The notes under the pieces were generated by a model, which was not told where the DNA came from, ran no database searches, and saw nothing but the letters and a program-made list of their open reading frames with translations. A stretch of 61,806 nucleotides of DNA, filler included. It is 6 parts of 6 records of this genome, joined end to end, with 100 filler letters (N's around TTAATTAATTAA, not from the genome) between each part and the next. Parts side by side here need not be neighbours in the genome. Positions count along the whole stretch, not along the records: positions 1 to 16,333 come from DRR378314_1832; positions 16,434 to 30,100 come from DRR378314_1843; 4 more parts are not named here. One strand, given 5' to 3'. Below, piece by piece: positions 11,789 through 22,171 of the stretch; positions within the stretch are counted from its first letter, which is position 1; every line of letters begins with the position of its first letter. The position numbers and the translations under genes were made by a program.

Positions 11789-13312
11789 ATGTGCGGTATA
11801 GTGGGCCTTCTGGCCAAGCAGGCGGTAAATCAGGGAATCTATGATGCTCTGACCGTACTTCAGCATCGGGGTCAGGACGCTGCCGGCATGATGACTTGGA
11901 GCGAGGGACGCTTCCTACTGCGCAAGAGTAATGGGCTGGTTCGAGATGTGTTCCATACCCGCCACATGGCTCGCCTAAAAGGTAACCTTGGCATTGGTCA
12001 CGTGCGTTATCCAACCGCAGGTTCCTCTAGCGAAGCTGAGTCTCAGCCGTTTTATGTCAACTCCCCCTACGGTATTGCGCTGGCTCACAACGGTAACCTG
12101 ACTAACTCTGATCAGTTAAAGCAAGAACTTTTCTCGACGGACCTTCGTCACATCAATACCAGCTCTGACTCCGAAGTGTTGCTAAACGTATTTGCCCATG
12201 AGTTGGGCAAACAGGGTTTGCACCTGGAAGCCGAGGACATTTTTGATGCCGTTCGTAGAGTGCACCGGCGCTGCAAAGGCGGCTACGCGGCGGTCGCGAT
12301 CATTAACGGTTTTGGTATGGTGGCATTTCGGGATCATCATGGCATTCGTCCTGTAGTGTTTGGTACTCGCCAAAGTGACGAGGGGCAGGAGGTCATGATT
12401 GCTTCGGAATCTGTCGCCTTAGATGTCGGCGGCTTTGAGCTGGAGCGTGACCTTTCGCCCGGTGAAGCGATTTTTGTCGACATGCAGGGGCAGATTCATA
12501 CTCAGGTCTGTGCTGATCGACCTGTGCTGCGTTCCTGTATTTTTGAGCATGTCTATCTTGCGCGCCCCGACTCTATTCTTGATGGTGCCTACGTGTATGG
12601 CACGCGTATGCAGATGGGGCGCAAGCTTGGCGACCGCATTCTTAATGAATGGCCTGATCACGATATTGACGTTGTTATCCCAATTCCCGATACGTCGCGC
12701 ACTTCTGCCCTTGAGATGGCGCAGCACTTAGGGGTGACCTATCGCGAAGGGTTTATGAAGAACCGCTATATTGGCCGCACGTTTATTATGCCGGGCCAAA
12801 CGCAGCGTAAAAAATCGGTGCGTCAAAAACTGAATGCCATTGATGTCGAATTCAAAGGCAAAAATGTGCTGCTGGTGGATGACTCTATCGTGCGTGGAAC
12901 CACCTGTAAGCAGATTATTCAGATGGCGCGCGATGCAGGGGCCCGTAAAGTGTATTTCGCTTCTGCTGCTCCGCCCGTTCGCTACCCTAATGTCTATGGC
13001 ATTGATATGCCTGCGGCAAAAGAACTGATTGCGCATGGCCGCACAGAAGAAGAGGTTGGTCAACTGATTGGTGCGGATCGAATTTTCTATCAAGACCTGG
13101 AAGATTTGAAAGCGGCTTGCCGTGAGGTTAATCCTGAAATGGATGAGTTTGACTGCTCTGTCTTCGACGGCAACTATGTCACTGGTGACATTGATGATGC
13201 CTACTTGGCGGTGCTTGAAGCGAGTCGTAATGACGCAGCCAAAGATCAAAGTGCGGGCGACCATGCGCTAGTGGGTATGCATAACCAAGATGATGACGAT
13301 CTTGACGACTAA
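11789..13312 (+). CDS. purF: amidophosphoribosyltransferase
   Basis: [36 protein letters not shown]. Confidence 0.98.
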   Translation: MCGIVGLLAKQAVNQGIYDALTVLQHRGQDAAGMMTWSEGRFLLRKSNGLVRDVFHTRHMARLKGNLGIGHVRYPTAGSSSEAESQPFYVNSPYGIALAHNGNLTNSDQLKQELFSTDLRHINTSSDSEVLLNVFAHELGKQGLHLEAEDIFDAVRRVHRRCKGGYAAVAIINGFGMVAFRDHHGIRPVVFGTRQSDEGQEVMIASESVALDVGGFELERDLSPGEAIFVDMQGQIHTQVCADRPVLRSCIFEHVYLARPDSILDGAYVYGTRMQMGRKLGDRILNEWPDHDIDVVIPIPDTSRTSALEMAQHLGVTYREGFMKNRYIGRTFIMPGQTQRKKSVRQKLNAIDVEFKGKNVLLVDDSIVRGTTCKQIIQMARDAGARKVYFASAAPPVRYPNVYGIDMPAAKELIAHGRTEEEVGQLIGADRIFYQDLEDLKAACREVNPEMDEFDCSVFDGNYVTGDIDDAYLAVLEASRNDAAKDQSAGDHALVGMHNQDDDDLDD

Positions 13313-13370
13313 TGCCGCGTATTAATAGCTCGTATTACAACTTTTATTGACGTTTTAAAGGTGCTCAGCC

Positions 13371-14570
13371 ATGCATGATGATAGTCACCAGGACGATTGG
13401 TCGCTAGAGACCCTTGCCATTCGCGCGGGCCATCACCGTACGTTTGAGCAAGAGCATGCCGAGCCCATTTTTCCCACTTCAAGCTTTGTTTACGAAAGCG
13501 CGGCTGAAGCCGCGCGCAAGTTTGGGGGGCAGGAGCCGGGCAACGTCTATTCACGCTTTACTAATCCTACTGTGCATACGTTCGAGCGCCGTTTGGCGGC
13601 GCTTGAAGGTGGTGAGCGGTGCGTGGCAACAAGTTCGGGTATGTCGGCCATTTTATCGACGGCGTTGGCACTGCTAAGTGCCGGCGATGAAATCGTTGCA
13701 TCGCGCTCGCTGTTTGGTTCTACCGTGAGTTTGTTTGACAAATACCTGGGCAAATTTGGTATCACGACTCGTTATGTAGAACTATCTAACGTTTCTGCCT
13801 GGGAAGAGGCCATCGGCCCAAATACCAAGCTGTTGTTTGCGGAAACACCGTCCAACCCGCTGTCTGAAGTCGCGGATATTCCAGCATTAGCCGAACTTGC
13901 TAAGCGAAGTGGTGCATTGTTGGCGATTGATAACTGCTTCTTAACACCGGCACTTCAGCAGCCAATTGCGCTTGGCGCTGACTTAGTCATCCATTCTGCA
14001 ACGAAGTATCTGGATGGCCAGGGACGTGCTATTGGTGGCGCGGTGGTTGGTAAACACGACGTGCTGGAAGAAGTGTTTGGTGTGGTACGTACTTGCGGGC
14101 CTTGCCTGAGTCCCTTTAATGCGTGGATTTTCACCAAAGGGCTTGAAACCTTATCGTTGCGCATGAAAGCACATTGCGAGAATGCGCTGACTTTGGCGCT
14201 CTGGCTAGATCAACACCCGGCCGTTAATAAAGTGCACTACAGTGGCTTAGAAGCCCATCCTCAGCATGCGCTTGCCAAAAAACAGCAGCAAGGGTTTGGT
14301 GCCGTATTGGGCTTTGAGGTGAAAGGTGGCCAGGAGGGAGCTTGGCAGGTCATTGACGCCACCAAAATGCTGTCTATAACGGGTAACCTCGGAGATGTTA
14401 AAACCACCATTACCCATCCAGCCACCACAACGCATGGACGTCTCTCCGATGTGCAGAAAGAAGCCGCAGGTATCGCCCCTGGGTTGATTCGCGTAGCGGT
14501 GGGGCTGGAAAGCCAGGCTGACATTCAGCGCGATCTTGCCGCTGGGTTGGATGCTTTGGCGGCTGGCTGA
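13371..14570 (+). CDS. metZ: O-succinylhomoserine sulfhydrylase
   Basis: YSRFTNPTV, SGMSAI, HSATKYLDGQGR; purF-metZ order. Confidence 0.93.
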   Translation: MHDDSHQDDWSLETLAIRAGHHRTFEQEHAEPIFPTSSFVYESAAEAARKFGGQEPGNVYSRFTNPTVHTFERRLAALEGGERCVATSSGMSAILSTALALLSAGDEIVASRSLFGSTVSLFDKYLGKFGITTRYVELSNVSAWEEAIGPNTKLLFAETPSNPLSEVADIPALAELAKRSGALLAIDNCFLTPALQQPIALGADLVIHSATKYLDGQGRAIGGAVVGKHDVLEEVFGVVRTCGPCLSPFNAWIFTKGLETLSLRMKAHCENALTLALWLDQHPAVNKVHYSGLEAHPQHALAKKQQQGFGAVLGFEVKGGQEGAWQVIDATKMLSITGNLGDVKTTITHPATTTHGRLSDVQKEAAGIAPGLIRVAVGLESQADIQRDLAAGLDALAAG

Positions 14571-14592
14571 GCGATTCAAATAGCGTTTTGAT

Positions 14593-14620
14593 AAGCCGGT
14601 CATTCGTGGCCGGTTTTTTT
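14593..14620 (+). terminator. Rho-independent terminator after metZ
   Basis: AAGCCGGTCA-TTCG-TGGCCGGTTTTTTTT. Confidence 0.8.
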
Positions 14621-14806
14621 ATTGCTTGCTTCGCTGACGGCGTTTTTGTAACTACAACATTTAGCAATGTTTTTAACAAACGTTTTTTACGAATGGTGTG
14701 TTCTGCTTTTTTCAGCAGTGTTTTGATCATTAAGACGGTATGCTTTAGGTAGAAATGTGCTTACAGCAGGCATGACCAATTGCTGTTTAGAACGAGGAAA
14801 GCAAGG

Positions 14807-15361
14807 ATGTGGCGGAACACGCAGAGTGGATGGGGAGTCATTAGTATTGCTCTTCACTGGCTTAGTGCACTAACGATTGTGGGGTTGTTTGTTCTTGGCT
14901 GGTGGATGACAGATCTTGGTTACTACGATACATGGTATAACCAAGGGCCGTGGGTGCATCGCTCGATTGGTATCTTGTTGTTAATTGCTACCTTTGCTCG
15001 CTTGATATGGCGCTTAATTCAACCAACGCCTCATGCAGAGGGTAGTCGCTTTGAACGTCTAGCTGCCCATGCTGGCCACATAATGTTGTATGTCTTGTTA
15101 TTGTTAGTGCTTGTTAGTGGCTATTTGATTTCTACCGCCAATGGGCGCGGAATTAGCGTGTTTGATTGGTTTGAAGTGCCGGCACTGCTTCACGGGCTTC
15201 CTGATCAAGCTAGTCTGGCAGGCGATGTGCACTGGTACAGCGCCCTGGCGCTTATGGTATTGGCCGCAGGGCATGCGCTAGCCGCGATGAAGCATCATTG
15301 GTGGGATCGCCACTCGACACTCGTGCGGATGGTTAATCCTGCTCATGGCCGCAAGCAATAA
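14807..15361 (+). CDS. cytochrome b561 (YceJ/YodB-like)
   Basis: LHW...HRSIG...GH...HWY...HALAAMKHH heme His pattern, 4 TM, adjacent to yceI. Confidence 0.9.
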   Translation: MWRNTQSGWGVISIALHWLSALTIVGLFVLGWWMTDLGYYDTWYNQGPWVHRSIGILLLIATFARLIWRLIQPTPHAEGSRFERLAAHAGHIMLYVLLLLVLVSGYLISTANGRGISVFDWFEVPALLHGLPDQASLAGDVHWYSALALMVLAAGHALAAMKHHWWDRHSTLVRMVNPAHGRKQ

Positions 15362-15433
15362 TGGAATTTTTTTGTCCACTGCGCTGATAGTTTGCTCGTA
15401 GTGTTTATTAGGAAAATAAAGGAGATTTCCACG

Positions 15434-16018
15434 ATGTTAAAGAAAACCGCTTTTGCTACTGCAATTGCCGCCGCTTCGCTAGCGACGTTCAGCCAAGCGC
15501 AAGCAGCAGAATATCAAATTGATACTGAAGGCCAGCACGCCTTTGTTCAGTTCAAAATTAGCCACCTCGGCTTTTCCTATATTCTGGGTACTTTCGAAGA
15601 GTTTGACGGTCAATTTTCATATGACCCCGAGGATTTAGAAGCCTCTTCTGTAGAAATGGAAGTGCAGGTGGGAAGCCTGAACACTAATCATGCAGAGCGT
15701 GATCGTCACTTCTTAAGCAGCGATTTTCTTGATGCCAGCGAATATCCTACGGCAACTTTCACTTCAACAGGTTTTGAATCAACGGGTGAAAATGAAGGCG
15801 TCGTAACCGGTGAGTTAACGCTTCATGGCGAGACGCAGGAAATTGAAATGCCTGTTACCTTGATGGGCGAAGGTGATGACCCCTGGGGCAATTACCGTGC
15901 AGGTTTTGAAGGCAGCACCATGTTAACGCTGGGTGATTTTGGTATTGATATGAGTGACTTCCCAGAAGCGATGCACGAGCTGGAGCTTTACGTGACGTTT
16001 GAAGGCATTCGTCAGTAA
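15434..16018 (+). CDS. yceI: YceI family periplasmic polyisoprenoid-binding protein
   Basis: Signal peptide AQA, HAFVQFKISHLGFS, NHAERDRH, DPWGNYRAGFEG. Confidence 0.92.
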   Translation: MLKKTAFATAIAAASLATFSQAQAAEYQIDTEGQHAFVQFKISHLGFSYILGTFEEFDGQFSYDPEDLEASSVEMEVQVGSLNTNHAERDRHFLSSDFLDASEYPTATFTSTGFESTGENEGVVTGELTLHGETQEIEMPVTLMGEGDDPWGNYRAGFEGSTMLTLGDFGIDMSDFPEAMHELELYVTFEGIRQ

Positions 16019-16032
16019 GCGAGCGTAAGCCG

Positions 16033-16070
16033 AAAGCGCCATCACCCTTGCCTGGGTGGTGGCGCTTTTG
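16033..16070 (+). terminator. Rho-independent terminator after yceI
   Basis: AAAGCGCCATCACCC...GGGTGGTGGCGCTTTT. Confidence 0.75.
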
Positions 16071-16168
16071 CGTTGGGAGTTACCAGAAACAACTTACATC
16101 TCGTAGGTTGCAAGTATTGTTAACTAGGTGGCGTTCACCGCTATCTACTCTGTTTTGAGGATTTCTCT

Positions 16169-16333
16169 TTGGCAGCGGTCATTATGCAGCAACGCGAGCT
16201 GGCGATAACCTTATGGCGTCAAACGTGGCCGATGGCCATTGGCGTGTTGGCGCTATTGGGTTTCCAGCTTGTAGATAGTGCTTTTATTGCCCGTTTGGGA
16301 ACAGCGCCCTTGGCCGCTCAGTCGTTTACCTTT
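16169..16333 (+). CDS. MATE family efflux transporter, N-terminal fragment cut by contig end
   Basis: WPMAIG...FQLVDSAFIARLGTAPLAAQSFTF matches a MATE N-terminus. Confidence 0.8.
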
Positions 16334-16433
16334 NNNNNNNNNNNNNNNNNNNNNNNNNNNNNNNNNNNNNNNNNNNNTTAATTAATTAANNNNNNNNNNN
16401 NNNNNNNNNNNNNNNNNNNNNNNNNNNNNNNNN
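16334..16433. other. artificial contig linker
   Basis: N-run, TTAATTAATTAA (stops in all six frames), N-run. Confidence 0.99.
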
Positions 16434-16959
16434 CGAAGAGGCTTGGGCCGGTGATATCATCGGCATCCCAAACCACGGGCAATTGCGGATCGGTGACACG
16501 TTAACCGAAGGGGAAGCTTTGCGCGTTACAGGTATCCCGTCCTTTGCGCCCGAACTCCTCCAAGGCGTGCGTGCGGGCGATCCGTTGAAGTCAAAGCATC
16601 TGGAGAAAGCCCTGATGCAATTTGCCGAAGAAGGGGCTGCAAAAGTATTCAAACCCTCCATCGGCTCTGGCTTTGTTGTGGGCGTGGTGGGCCAGTTGCA
16701 GTTCGAAGTTCTGGCCAGCCGGATCGAGCTGGAATATGGCCTGCCGGTCCGGTTTGAACAGTCGCAGTTCACCTCTGCGCGTTGGGTCAATGGCGAAAAA
16801 CCGGCGGTGGACAAATTCACTCAGGCGAACCCGCAACATATCGCCCATGATCATGATGGCGACATTGTTTACCTGACGCGGCTGCAATGGGATATTGACC
16901 GGGTCGAACGTGACTATCCCGATGTGCGGCTGACCTCGACCAAGGAAATGATGGTGTGA
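16434..16959 (+). CDS. prfC: peptide chain release factor 3, C-terminal fragment
   Basis: EEAWAGDIIGIPNHGQLRIGDTLTEGE, GIPSFAPEL, VGVVGQLQFEV. Confidence 0.95.
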
Positions 16960-17876
16960 CAGCAACCTGGGGGATCAGCGCCACGATCCTCGCGCCGGTT
17001 CGCGACATCCTGGGGTTTGCCGCTTACCATCTGGAGGCGGGTGCCCACCGCATCTACATCTATCTGGATGATGACAATCGCGCGGCCTATGACGCCCTGA
17101 AGGCACATCCCAAAACCCGCCCCACCCTGTGTGATGCAGATTGGTGGAAGGGTAAACGTCCGAAAAAACATCAGGTCCGTCAGACACATAATGCATCCCA
17201 CGCCTATCAGCGCCGGTCCGAGGTCGACTGGCTGATCCATATGGATGTGGACGAGTTTCTGGTTGCGGACCGACCGATTGGCGACATTCTGGCGGATCTG
17301 CCGGGCGAAGATAAAATCGCACGGATCAGACCGATGGAGCAACTCGCGGGGGATGGCACCGCTTTCAAAGCCTTTGTGCCCAATGGCCCGGACCGAAACC
17401 GCGTTGTTGCGGCGCTTTACCCGACCTATGGCAGTTATATCAAAGGTGGCTTCCTGAGCCATCTGGCTGGAAAGTGTTTTGTTCGCAGCGACTTGGACGG
17501 GGTGCGCGTGCAAATCCACAATGCCTTTCAACATGATGAGATGCTCAAAGGCCCCGAATCCACCAATGGGATCGACCTTGCCCATTGCCACGCCAAATCA
17601 TGGGAAGACTGGCACGCGGCCTATCGCTACCGGCTGGAAAAAGGATCCTACCGCGCTGAACTGGCCCCCAACCGCCCGCGCGACAAGGGCGGGCTGTCGA
17701 TGCATGAGTTGTTTCAAATGATCGAGGCCGAAGGTGGCACCGCCGGACTTCAGGCATTTTTCAATGAGGTTTGTGCCGATACGCCCGCTCTGCGCGACCG
17801 CTTGGCCGCCCATGGGTTGCTAAAACAGGCTAAACTTGACCTAAATACCACAATTTCCAAGCATTTTCCCGTCTAA
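16956..17876 (+). CDS. GT-A fold glycosyltransferase (family 2/92-like)
   Basis: AAYHLEAG...IYIYLDD, WLIHMDVDEF DxD motif; ortholog at 30511; GTGA overlap with prfC. Confidence 0.8.
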   Translation: MTATWGISATILAPVRDILGFAAYHLEAGAHRIYIYLDDDNRAAYDALKAHPKTRPTLCDADWWKGKRPKKHQVRQTHNASHAYQRRSEVDWLIHMDVDEFLVADRPIGDILADLPGEDKIARIRPMEQLAGDGTAFKAFVPNGPDRNRVVAALYPTYGSYIKGGFLSHLAGKCFVRSDLDGVRVQIHNAFQHDEMLKGPESTNGIDLAHCHAKSWEDWHAAYRYRLEKGSYRAELAPNRPRDKGGLSMHELFQMIEAEGGTAGLQAFFNEVCADTPALRDRLAAHGLLKQAKLDLNTTISKHFPV

Positions 17877-17909
17877 ATTCGCAAAGACACCCCCAAATAT
17901 GCGATCTAT

Positions 17910-17938
17910 TTGACGCGCACCGTCCAAGTTGCTATCGG
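17910..17938 (+). promoter_or_regulatory. sigma70-type promoter of the DEAD-box helicase gene
   Basis: TTGACG-17 nt-TATCGG; same layout at 31531-31559 in the ortholog. Confidence 0.65.
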
Positions 17939-18035
17939 TGCGCCACATGTCGCGGCAGATACCGCCCTTGGGCCAATCGGGCCGACGTGACTGATGCAGC
18001 GGGCCGAAATCAGCGTCCGCCAAAACCGGACACAT

Positions 18036-19631
18036 ATGACAAAATTTTCTGATCTAAAGCTCAGCCCCAAAGTGCTTAAAGCAATTGATGAAGCCGGGTA
18101 TGAATCCCCGACCCCCATTCAGGCGGGTGCCATCCCCCCTGCCCTTGAAGGGCGCGATGTTCTGGGAATCGCCCAGACCGGGACCGGCAAAACCGCCAGT
18201 TTCACCCTCCCGATGATCACCATGCTGGCCCGTGGCCGTGCCCGCGCACGGATGCCGCGCTCACTGGTGCTCTGCCCGACACGCGAATTGGCCGCACAGG
18301 TTGCCGAAAACTTTGATACCTACGCCAAGAACGTAAAACTCACCAAAGCACTGCTGATCGGAGGGGTCTCGTTCAAGGAACAGGACATGGCCATCGACAA
18401 AGGTGTCGACGTCTTGATCGCAACACCCGGGCGTCTGCTGGATCATTTTGAACGTGGCAAGCTGATCCTCAATGACGTAAAAATCATGGTGGTGGATGAG
18501 GCCGACCGGATGCTCGACATGGGGTTCATCCCCGATATCGAACGCATCTTTGGGCTGACCCCTTTCACCCGCCAGACTTTGTTTTTCTCGGCCACCATGG
18601 CACCCGAGATCGAGCGGATCACCAATACATTCCTCAGCAACCCTGAACGGATCGAAGTGGCCCGTCAGGCGACTACGAACAAGAATATCACCCAAGGGGT
18701 GCTAGAGTTCAAAGCGTCGCGCAAAGACCGTGAAGGGTCCGAAAAACGCAAGGTGCTGCGCGCGCTGATCGATGCAGAGGGTGACAAATGCACCAATGCC
18801 ATCATCTTTTGCAACCGCAAGATGGATGTGGATATCGTCGCCAAGTCATTGAAAAAATACGGTTATGACGCGGCCCCTATCCACGGCGATCTGGATCAAA
18901 GCCAGCGCACCAAAACCCTCGACGGGTTCCGTGAAGGGACATTGCGTTTCCTTGTGGCCTCTGATGTGGCGGCACGTGGGCTGGATGTGCCTTCGGTCAG
19001 CCATGTCTATAACTTTGACGTACCCAGCCACGCCGAAGACTATGTGCATCGCATCGGTCGCACCGGACGTGCGGGCCGTGACGGTACTGCGATCATGATC
19101 TGCGTGCCGCGCGACGAAAAGAACCTCGCCGATGTTGAACGTCTGGTGCAGCATGAAATTCCACGTCTGGAAAACCCGCTCGGCAGCGCAAAGGCCCCTG
19201 CAAAAGAAGCTGAAAAGCCTGCAGAGGGTGCGCCCAAGCCAGAAAAGCCGAAACGCAGCCGTTCACGCAGCCGTAAATCGGATGATGCGCCCAAAGCGAA
19301 AGCCCCAGAGGCCGCCAATCAGAATGTTGCCGATGATGCCGGCAAGGCCGACAAGCAGAGCAGTGATGCCCCTGCCCAAGCCAAGCAGGAAAAGAGCGAC
19401 GCAGAGCGCCATACAAAGCGCGACGGTGCGCAGGACGGCAAGAAAGACAGCAAACGCAACGACACCCGCGACAACAACCGCAGCCGCAATGACAATCGCG
19501 GTGGTGGGCGCAACGATAACCGGGGCGGCGGGCGTGGCAATAATGATCGCGGCGGCAACCGGGTTGTCGGTCTTGGTGATCACACACCAGAGTTTATCGA
19601 GCTGAGCTTTGCCGAGCGGCCAGACAGCTGA
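18036..19631 (+). CDS. DEAD-box ATP-dependent RNA helicase (RhlE-like)
   Basis: AQTGTGKT, PTRELA, DEAD, SAT, HRIGRTGR; start MTKF matches the ortholog. Confidence 0.95.
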   Translation: MTKFSDLKLSPKVLKAIDEAGYESPTPIQAGAIPPALEGRDVLGIAQTGTGKTASFTLPMITMLARGRARARMPRSLVLCPTRELAAQVAENFDTYAKNVKLTKALLIGGVSFKEQDMAIDKGVDVLIATPGRLLDHFERGKLILNDVKIMVVDEADRMLDMGFIPDIERIFGLTPFTRQTLFFSATMAPEIERITNTFLSNPERIEVARQATTNKNITQGVLEFKASRKDREGSEKRKVLRALIDAEGDKCTNAIIFCNRKMDVDIVAKSLKKYGYDAAPIHGDLDQSQRTKTLDGFREGTLRFLVASDVAARGLDVPSVSHVYNFDVPSHAEDYVHRIGRTGRAGRDGTAIMICVPRDEKNLADVERLVQHEIPRLENPLGSAKAPAKEAEKPAEGAPKPEKPKRSRSRSRKSDDAPKAKAPEAANQNVADDAGKADKQSSDAPAQAKQEKSDAERHTKRDGAQDGKKDSKRNDTRDNNRSRNDNRGGGRNDNRGGGRGNNDRGGNRVVGLGDHTPEFIELSFAERPDS

Positions 19632-19646
19632 TAAGCCCTTCATCTG

Positions 19647-19690
19647 AAACAAAAACGGCCCCGCAATAAATTGCGGGGCCGTTTTTGTTT
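19647..19690. terminator. bidirectional terminator between convergent helicase and rnj
   Basis: Perfect 21-bp inverted repeat AAACAAAAACGGCCCCGCAAT / ATTGCGGGGCCGTTTTTGTTT. Confidence 0.9.
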
Positions 19691-19709
19691 CTAGGACGCA
19701 GCGTCGAGG

Positions 19710-21380
19710 TCAGCTTAACCGGCTGACCACAACTGTGACCTCAGGCTTCTTGCCAATCTCATCATTGGCCGACTGGCGCACAACGCGTTTCAGCCCGTCG
19801 TTCAGCTTGGTATCATCACGCAGGGTCGCAGCCTTGGAGCGGCCCAGAAACTGGCTCAGGTCCTCTTCCAGCACATCCACCAGTGACGCGCCGGATTTAC
19901 CCATATCTGGCAGACCCATGGCATCGACCCAAGGATCCCCCAGAGGTTCGTCCTCATCATCCAGGATAACAGTCACAGTGACATGACCATTCAGCGCCAT
20001 GCGGATCCGGTCACGCACAACGCCGTCCAAGGCCCCAATCTGCACCGAACCGTCGATATAGGTGCGGCCGGTTTCGATATATTCCGCTACTTTTGGCGTA
20101 TTGCCGGAAAGATCGATCATCATACCATTCACGGCCAGCACACCTTTGATGCCCTTGCCGTCTGCAATCTTGACATGCTCGCGCAGGTGACGGTGTTCAC
20201 CGTGCATCGGGATCAGGATTTGCGGTTTCACCACGTCATGCAACGTTTCAAGGTCGGGACGGTTGGCGTGGCCGGACACGTGATAGTGACCACCGGAAGA
20301 TTCATCCACCACATCGACACCACGTTCAGAGAATTGGTTGATGATGCGGATCACGCCTTTTTCATTGCCGGGGATGGTCTTGGAGGAAAACAGGAACATG
20401 TCCCCTTCCTTCATCTCGATCCCCTGAAACTTGCCCCGGGCCAACTGCGCACTTGCTGCACGGCGCTCGCCCTGTGACCCGGTCACCAGCAGCATCAGGT
20501 TCTCACGCGGAATGCCACGTGCGTCTTCAGGGCTGACCACCGGTGGGAAATCCTTCATCACACCGGTTTCAAGCGAAGCTTCGACCATACGTTTCATCGC
20601 GCGGCCCAGCAAAACGACAGAGCGCCCGGCCTTATCCGCCGCAACCGCCAGCGTTTTCACCCGCGCCACGTTAGAGGCGAAGGTTGTTGCAACAACCATG
20701 CCCTCGGCGCTGCTGACCAGTTCCTCAATCGCCGGCCCCACCGTTGCTTCGGAACGACCGGGATTGCGAGAGAATACATTGGTACTGTCACAGACCAGCG
20801 CCTTGACGCCGTCCTTACAGACCTCGGCCCAGAGGTCGGGATCATAGGCTTCGCCAACACCCGGTGTCAGGTCGATTTTGAAATCACCGGAATGGATCAC
20901 ACGCCCTTCTGGCGTGTCGATCACCAGGGCAGAGCTTTCAGGGATGGAATGCGAAATCGGCAGGAAACCTACGGTGAACTGCCCAACCGTAACTTGCTGT
21001 GGCCAAGCGGAAATCACGTGGATCGCATCCGCCGGATGGCCATGTTCGTCCATCTTACGGGCGGCAATATTGGCTGTGAACTTGCGCGCATAAATCGGCG
21101 CCTGCAACTGCCCATAGGTATGGGCGATGCCACCCACGTGGTCCTCATGGGCATGGGTGACAAACACCGCTTCGATGCGATCCTTGCGTTCCCGCAGCCA
21201 GGCAATGTCCGCAATAATCAAATCAACGCCGGGGCTGCCGTCCATATCGGGAAAAGCCACGCCCAGATCGACAACGATCAAACGTTCCTTGCCGGGTTTG
21301 CCGTAGCCATACACATAGGCATTCATGCCTATTTCACCTGCCCCACCGAGGGGCAGATAGATCAATCTTTCACTGCTCAT
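19710..21380 (-). CDS. rnj: ribonuclease J
   Basis: LGGAGEIGMN, THAHEDHVG, HSIPE, GDFK, HVSGH, PMHGE. Confidence 0.96.
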   Translation of the reverse strand: MSSERLIYLPLGGAGEIGMNAYVYGYGKPGKERLIVVDLGVAFPDMDGSPGVDLIIADIAWLRERKDRIEAVFVTHAHEDHVGGIAHTYGQLQAPIYARKFTANIAARKMDEHGHPADAIHVISAWPQQVTVGQFTVGFLPISHSIPESSALVIDTPEGRVIHSGDFKIDLTPGVGEAYDPDLWAEVCKDGVKALVCDSTNVFSRNPGRSEATVGPAIEELVSSAEGMVVATTFASNVARVKTLAVAADKAGRSVVLLGRAMKRMVEASLETGVMKDFPPVVSPEDARGIPRENLMLLVTGSQGERRAASAQLARGKFQGIEMKEGDMFLFSSKTIPGNEKGVIRIINQFSERGVDVVDESSGGHYHVSGHANRPDLETLHDVVKPQILIPMHGEHRHLREHVKIADGKGIKGVLAVNGMMIDLSGNTPKVAEYIETGRTYIDGSVQIGALDGVVRDRIRMALNGHVTVTVILDDEDEPLGDPWVDAMGLPDMGKSGASLVDVLEEDLSQFLGRSKAATLRDDTKLNDGLKRVVRQSANDEIGKKPEVTVVVSRLS

Positions 21381-22156
21381 TAGTCAGCTAAATCCTTGTT
21401 ATACTTATAAATCACGGTCAAGCCGTGCATTGTGAGGTCATCACGGAATTCATCAAAAAGGTCTACCGCCTGCTGGAATAGCGGGGCCAGACCACCGGTC
21501 GAAATCACGCGCATCTCGCGCCCGCGTTCCGCCTTTATCCGCGCACATATCTCACGAACCAGTCCAACGTAACCCCAGAAAACACCGGATTGCATACAAG
21601 CAACAGTGTTGGTGCCCACCACATGCTCGGGCTGGCTGATATCCACATGGGGCAAAGCGGCGGCGGCATTGTGCAGCGCCTCCAGCGACAGGTTCACACC
21701 GGGGGCGATGACGCCACCGATATATGCCCCATCAGTGTCCACCACATCAAAGGTGGTTGCCGTGCCAAAATCGACCACGATCAGATCACCGCCAAACAGG
21801 TCATGACCCGCTACGGTATTCACCAACCGGTCCGGCCCAACGGCTGTGCCCGCGTCAACACGTACCTCAACCGGCAAAGTACATCCTGCCTTGCCCACCA
21901 CGATGGGACGGGTGTGGAAATAGCGATCTGCAAAAACGCGCAGGTTAAACACCACCCGTGGCACGGTTGACGATATCACCACATCGGTGATGTCCACCTC
22001 GATCTTTTCAAACCGCATCAGCGAGGTCAGCCAGACATAATATTGATCCGCCGTGCGCTGCCACTCTGTCGCGGTGCGCCATGTGGCGATAAACTCTGAT
22101 CCATCATAGATCGAAAAAACCGTATTGGTATTGCCGCAATCAATTGCCAAAAGCAT
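21380..22156 (-). CDS. coaX: type III pantothenate kinase
   Basis: LAIDCGNTN, GPDRL, VVDFGTATTFD, TGG. Confidence 0.95.
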   Translation of the reverse strand: MLLAIDCGNTNTVFSIYDGSEFIATWRTATEWQRTADQYYVWLTSLMRFEKIEVDITDVVISSTVPRVVFNLRVFADRYFHTRPIVVGKAGCTLPVEVRVDAGTAVGPDRLVNTVAGHDLFGGDLIVVDFGTATTFDVVDTDGAYIGGVIAPGVNLSLEALHNAAAALPHVDISQPEHVVGTNTVACMQSGVFWGYVGLVREICARIKAERGREMRVISTGGLAPLFQQAVDLFDEFRDDLTMHGLTVIYKYNKDLAD

Positions 22157-22171
22157 CGGAGATCTCCGTTT

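Noticed and set aside
13313..13370. Possible SAM/SAH riboswitch before metZ
   Set aside because: Only 58 nt, AT-rich, no motif
16378..16389. TTAATTAATTAA repeated five times through the window
   Set aside because: Synthetic six-frame stop linker inside N-runs
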